The translations under genes and the position numbers were made by a program. From an uncultured Planctomycetota bacterium (GTDB taxonomy: Bacteria > Planctomycetota > Planctomycetia > Isosphaerales > Isosphaeraceae): DNA of 64,000 nt. Shown piece after piece: positions 62,224 through 64,000 of the stretch; the first letter of the stretch is position 1; every line of letters begins with the position of its first letter. The stretch covers positions 1,344,001 to 1,408,000 of the forward strand of contig CAVTTN010000002.1 in assembly GCA_963737655.1 (NCBI GenBank). The letters are read 5' to 3'. The notes beneath the pieces are model-generated. The model made no database searches and had not been told where the DNA came from. It saw only the letters and a program-made list of their open reading frames with translations.

Positions 62224-63779
62224 ACACCTCGACTGACGGCTTGCACGCCGTCTACGAACGGGCGTTCGCGGGGATCGGCCGGGCCGTGGAAGCGTTTACG
62301 CCCCGGATGTCCCCTCGCGAGGTTGGGACCATCACGAGGGTCTCCATCGGGATCGCCAAGGTCTCGGGCCTCCCCGGGCTGGGCTTCGACGAGCTGGTGA
62401 GTTTTCCCGGCGGCCTGTTCGGCATCGCGTTCAACGTCGATCCGGACGAGATCGGCGTGGTGCTCCTCGGCGAATGCGAGCACCTGCACGCGGGCGACGA
62501 GGTCGGCCGCACCGGGCGAGTGATGGACGTGCCGGTCGGCGATGGCCTGCTGGGTCGCGTGATCAACCCCCTGGGCGGGCCTCTCGACGGCAAGGGCCCG
62601 GTCTCCTCGACCGAGCGGTCGCCGATCGAGCGACCGGGCCGCCCGATCATGGACCGCGCGCCCGTCTCGGTGCCGTTGCAAACCGGGATGATCGTGATCG
62701 ACGCGCTCATCCCGATCGGACGAGGCCAGCGGGAGCTGATCCTGGGCGACCGCCAGACCGGCAAGTCGGCCATCGCGATCGACACCATCCTGGACCAGCG
62801 CGACCAGGACGTGGTGTGCGTCTATTGCGCGATCGGCCAGCGAGCCTCCGCCGTCGCGAAGGTCATCGCCGACCTCCGAGACCACGGGGCGATGGAGTAC
62901 ACCGTGGTCGTCGTGGCCGAGGGGAACGACCCGCCCGGCCTCTCCTACATCGCCCCTTATGCCGCCACGAGCATCGCCGAGCACTTCATGGAAGCGGGAC
63001 GAGATGTCCTGATCGTTTACGACGACCTGACCCACCACGCCCGCGCCAACCGCGAGCTTTCGCTCCTGCTCCGACGCCCTCCCGGCCGCGAGGCGTTCCC
63101 GGGCGACATCTTCTACATCCACTCGCGACTCCTGGAGCGGTCCACTCACCTCCGCGACGACCTCGGCGGCGGATCGCTCACCGCCTTGCCCATCATCGAG
63201 ACGGAAGCCCAGGACATCTCCGCGTACATCCCCACCAACCTGATCTCGATCACCGATGGTCAGATCTATTTGTCGCCGACCCTGTTCGAGCTGGGGGTCC
63301 TCCCCGCCGTCGACGTCGGCAAGTCGGTCTCTCGGGTCGGTGGCCAGGCGCAACGCGCGGCTTACCGGGGCGTGGCGGGCGATCTCAAGCTCGCCTACGC
63401 GCAGTTCAGCGAGCTCGAATCGTTCGCCAAGTTCGGCACCCGGCTCGACGAGCAGACTCGTAAGGTCATCGAGCATGGCCAGCGAATCCGGGCCATCCTC
63501 AAGCAGCCGGAACTCGAACCGGCGTCCGCCGATGAACAGTTGCTCATCCTCGTCGCCCTGACCGGCGGCCTGCTCGACCCCGTGCCGATCGACGAGATGC
63601 GCGACGCCGAGCAAGCCTTGCGAAAGGCGGTCGCCGACATCCCGGCGGACGTCCGCAAACGCTCCTCCTCGGGTGACAAGTTGAGCGACGACGACCGCGA
63701 GGCGATCCTCCAGGTCGCCGGCAAGTCGATCGCGCCGTTCCTGCCGCGACCGGCCCCCGACCCCGGGAAGAAACCATGA
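62220..63779 (+). CDS. atpA: N-type ATPase alpha subunit
   Basis: [44 protein letters not shown]. Confidence 0.96.
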   Translation: MNTSTDGLHAVYERAFAGIGRAVEAFTPRMSPREVGTITRVSIGIAKVSGLPGLGFDELVSFPGGLFGIAFNVDPDEIGVVLLGECEHLHAGDEVGRTGRVMDVPVGDGLLGRVINPLGGPLDGKGPVSSTERSPIERPGRPIMDRAPVSVPLQTGMIVIDALIPIGRGQRELILGDRQTGKSAIAIDTILDQRDQDVVCVYCAIGQRASAVAKVIADLRDHGAMEYTVVVVAEGNDPPGLSYIAPYAATSIAEHFMEAGRDVLIVYDDLTHHARANRELSLLLRRPPGREAFPGDIFYIHSRLLERSTHLRDDLGGGSLTALPIIETEAQDISAYIPTNLISITDGQIYLSPTLFELGVLPAVDVGKSVSRVGGQAQRAAYRGVAGDLKLAYAQFSELESFAKFGTRLDEQTRKVIEHGQRIRAILKQPELEPASADEQLLILVALTGGLLDPVPIDEMRDAEQALRKAVADIPADVRKRSSSGDKLSDDDREAILQVAGKSIAPFLPRPAPDPGKKP

Positions 63780-64000
63780 GCGACACCCTGGCGAGCCTCC
63801 GCCGCAAGATCGGCGGGGCGGGGGACCTGAAATCGGTGGTCCGCTCGATGAAGGCCCTGGCCGCGTCGAGCATCGGCCAGTATGAGCAGTCGGTCCTGGC
63901 GCTGGCAGACTACGATCGCGCCGTGGAGCTGGGGTTGGCCGCGTGCTTCCGGGATCGCGATCGGGCCGCCGAACGGGCCGGGACGACCGGCCCGGCCTCG
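63776..64000 (+). CDS. atpG: N-type ATPase gamma subunit (partial, runs off the right edge)
   Basis: [41 protein letters not shown] overlap with atpA. Confidence 0.92.
   Translation, partial: MSDTLASLRRKIGGAGDLKSVVRSMKALAASSIGQYEQSVLALADYDRAVELGLAACFRDRDRAAERAGTTGPAS

Overview
High-GC (roughly 70% by eye) bacterial DNA whose gene content points to a planctomycete, probably Isosphaeraceae-like: two ECF sigma/Ser-Thr kinase pairs, a DUF1592/DUF1552 pair and a TIGR03067-like protein. From left to right: (1) the start of a MoxR-vWA-beta-propeller (bpX) ternary conflict operon running off the left edge; (2) an AsmA-like gene, asnS, secreted proteins, a TlpA with CPPN instead of CxxC, an ECF sigma with a kinase-WD40, and a tricorn protease; (3) a translationally coupled pair, a multi-winged-helix protein and an AAA-ATPase::FtsK fusion, facing a stand-alone Ser/Thr kinase. 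This is my best candidate for an undescribed system; (4) assorted genes (ferritin-like with twin palindromic operators, lectin-esterase-lactonase, YqgE, SET, pRiA4b ORF3, SprT); (5) a mosaic, partly decayed region from about 43 kb to the end. It holds a DUF2946 CxxC/RAPP leader ORF ahead of a DUF58-transglutaminase(Cys-less)-MoxR-lipoprotein-permease operon, a GT4 plus two GH130-like genes, two DUF2294/MpsC genes separated by an attenuator-like RNA, ppk2, and an N-type ATPase operon whose Fo core (atpR, a, c, most of b) is deleted. Two families of palindromic repeats are present. Five single-base frameshifts suggest assembly indels or recent decay. All family calls come from motif recognition, not database searches.
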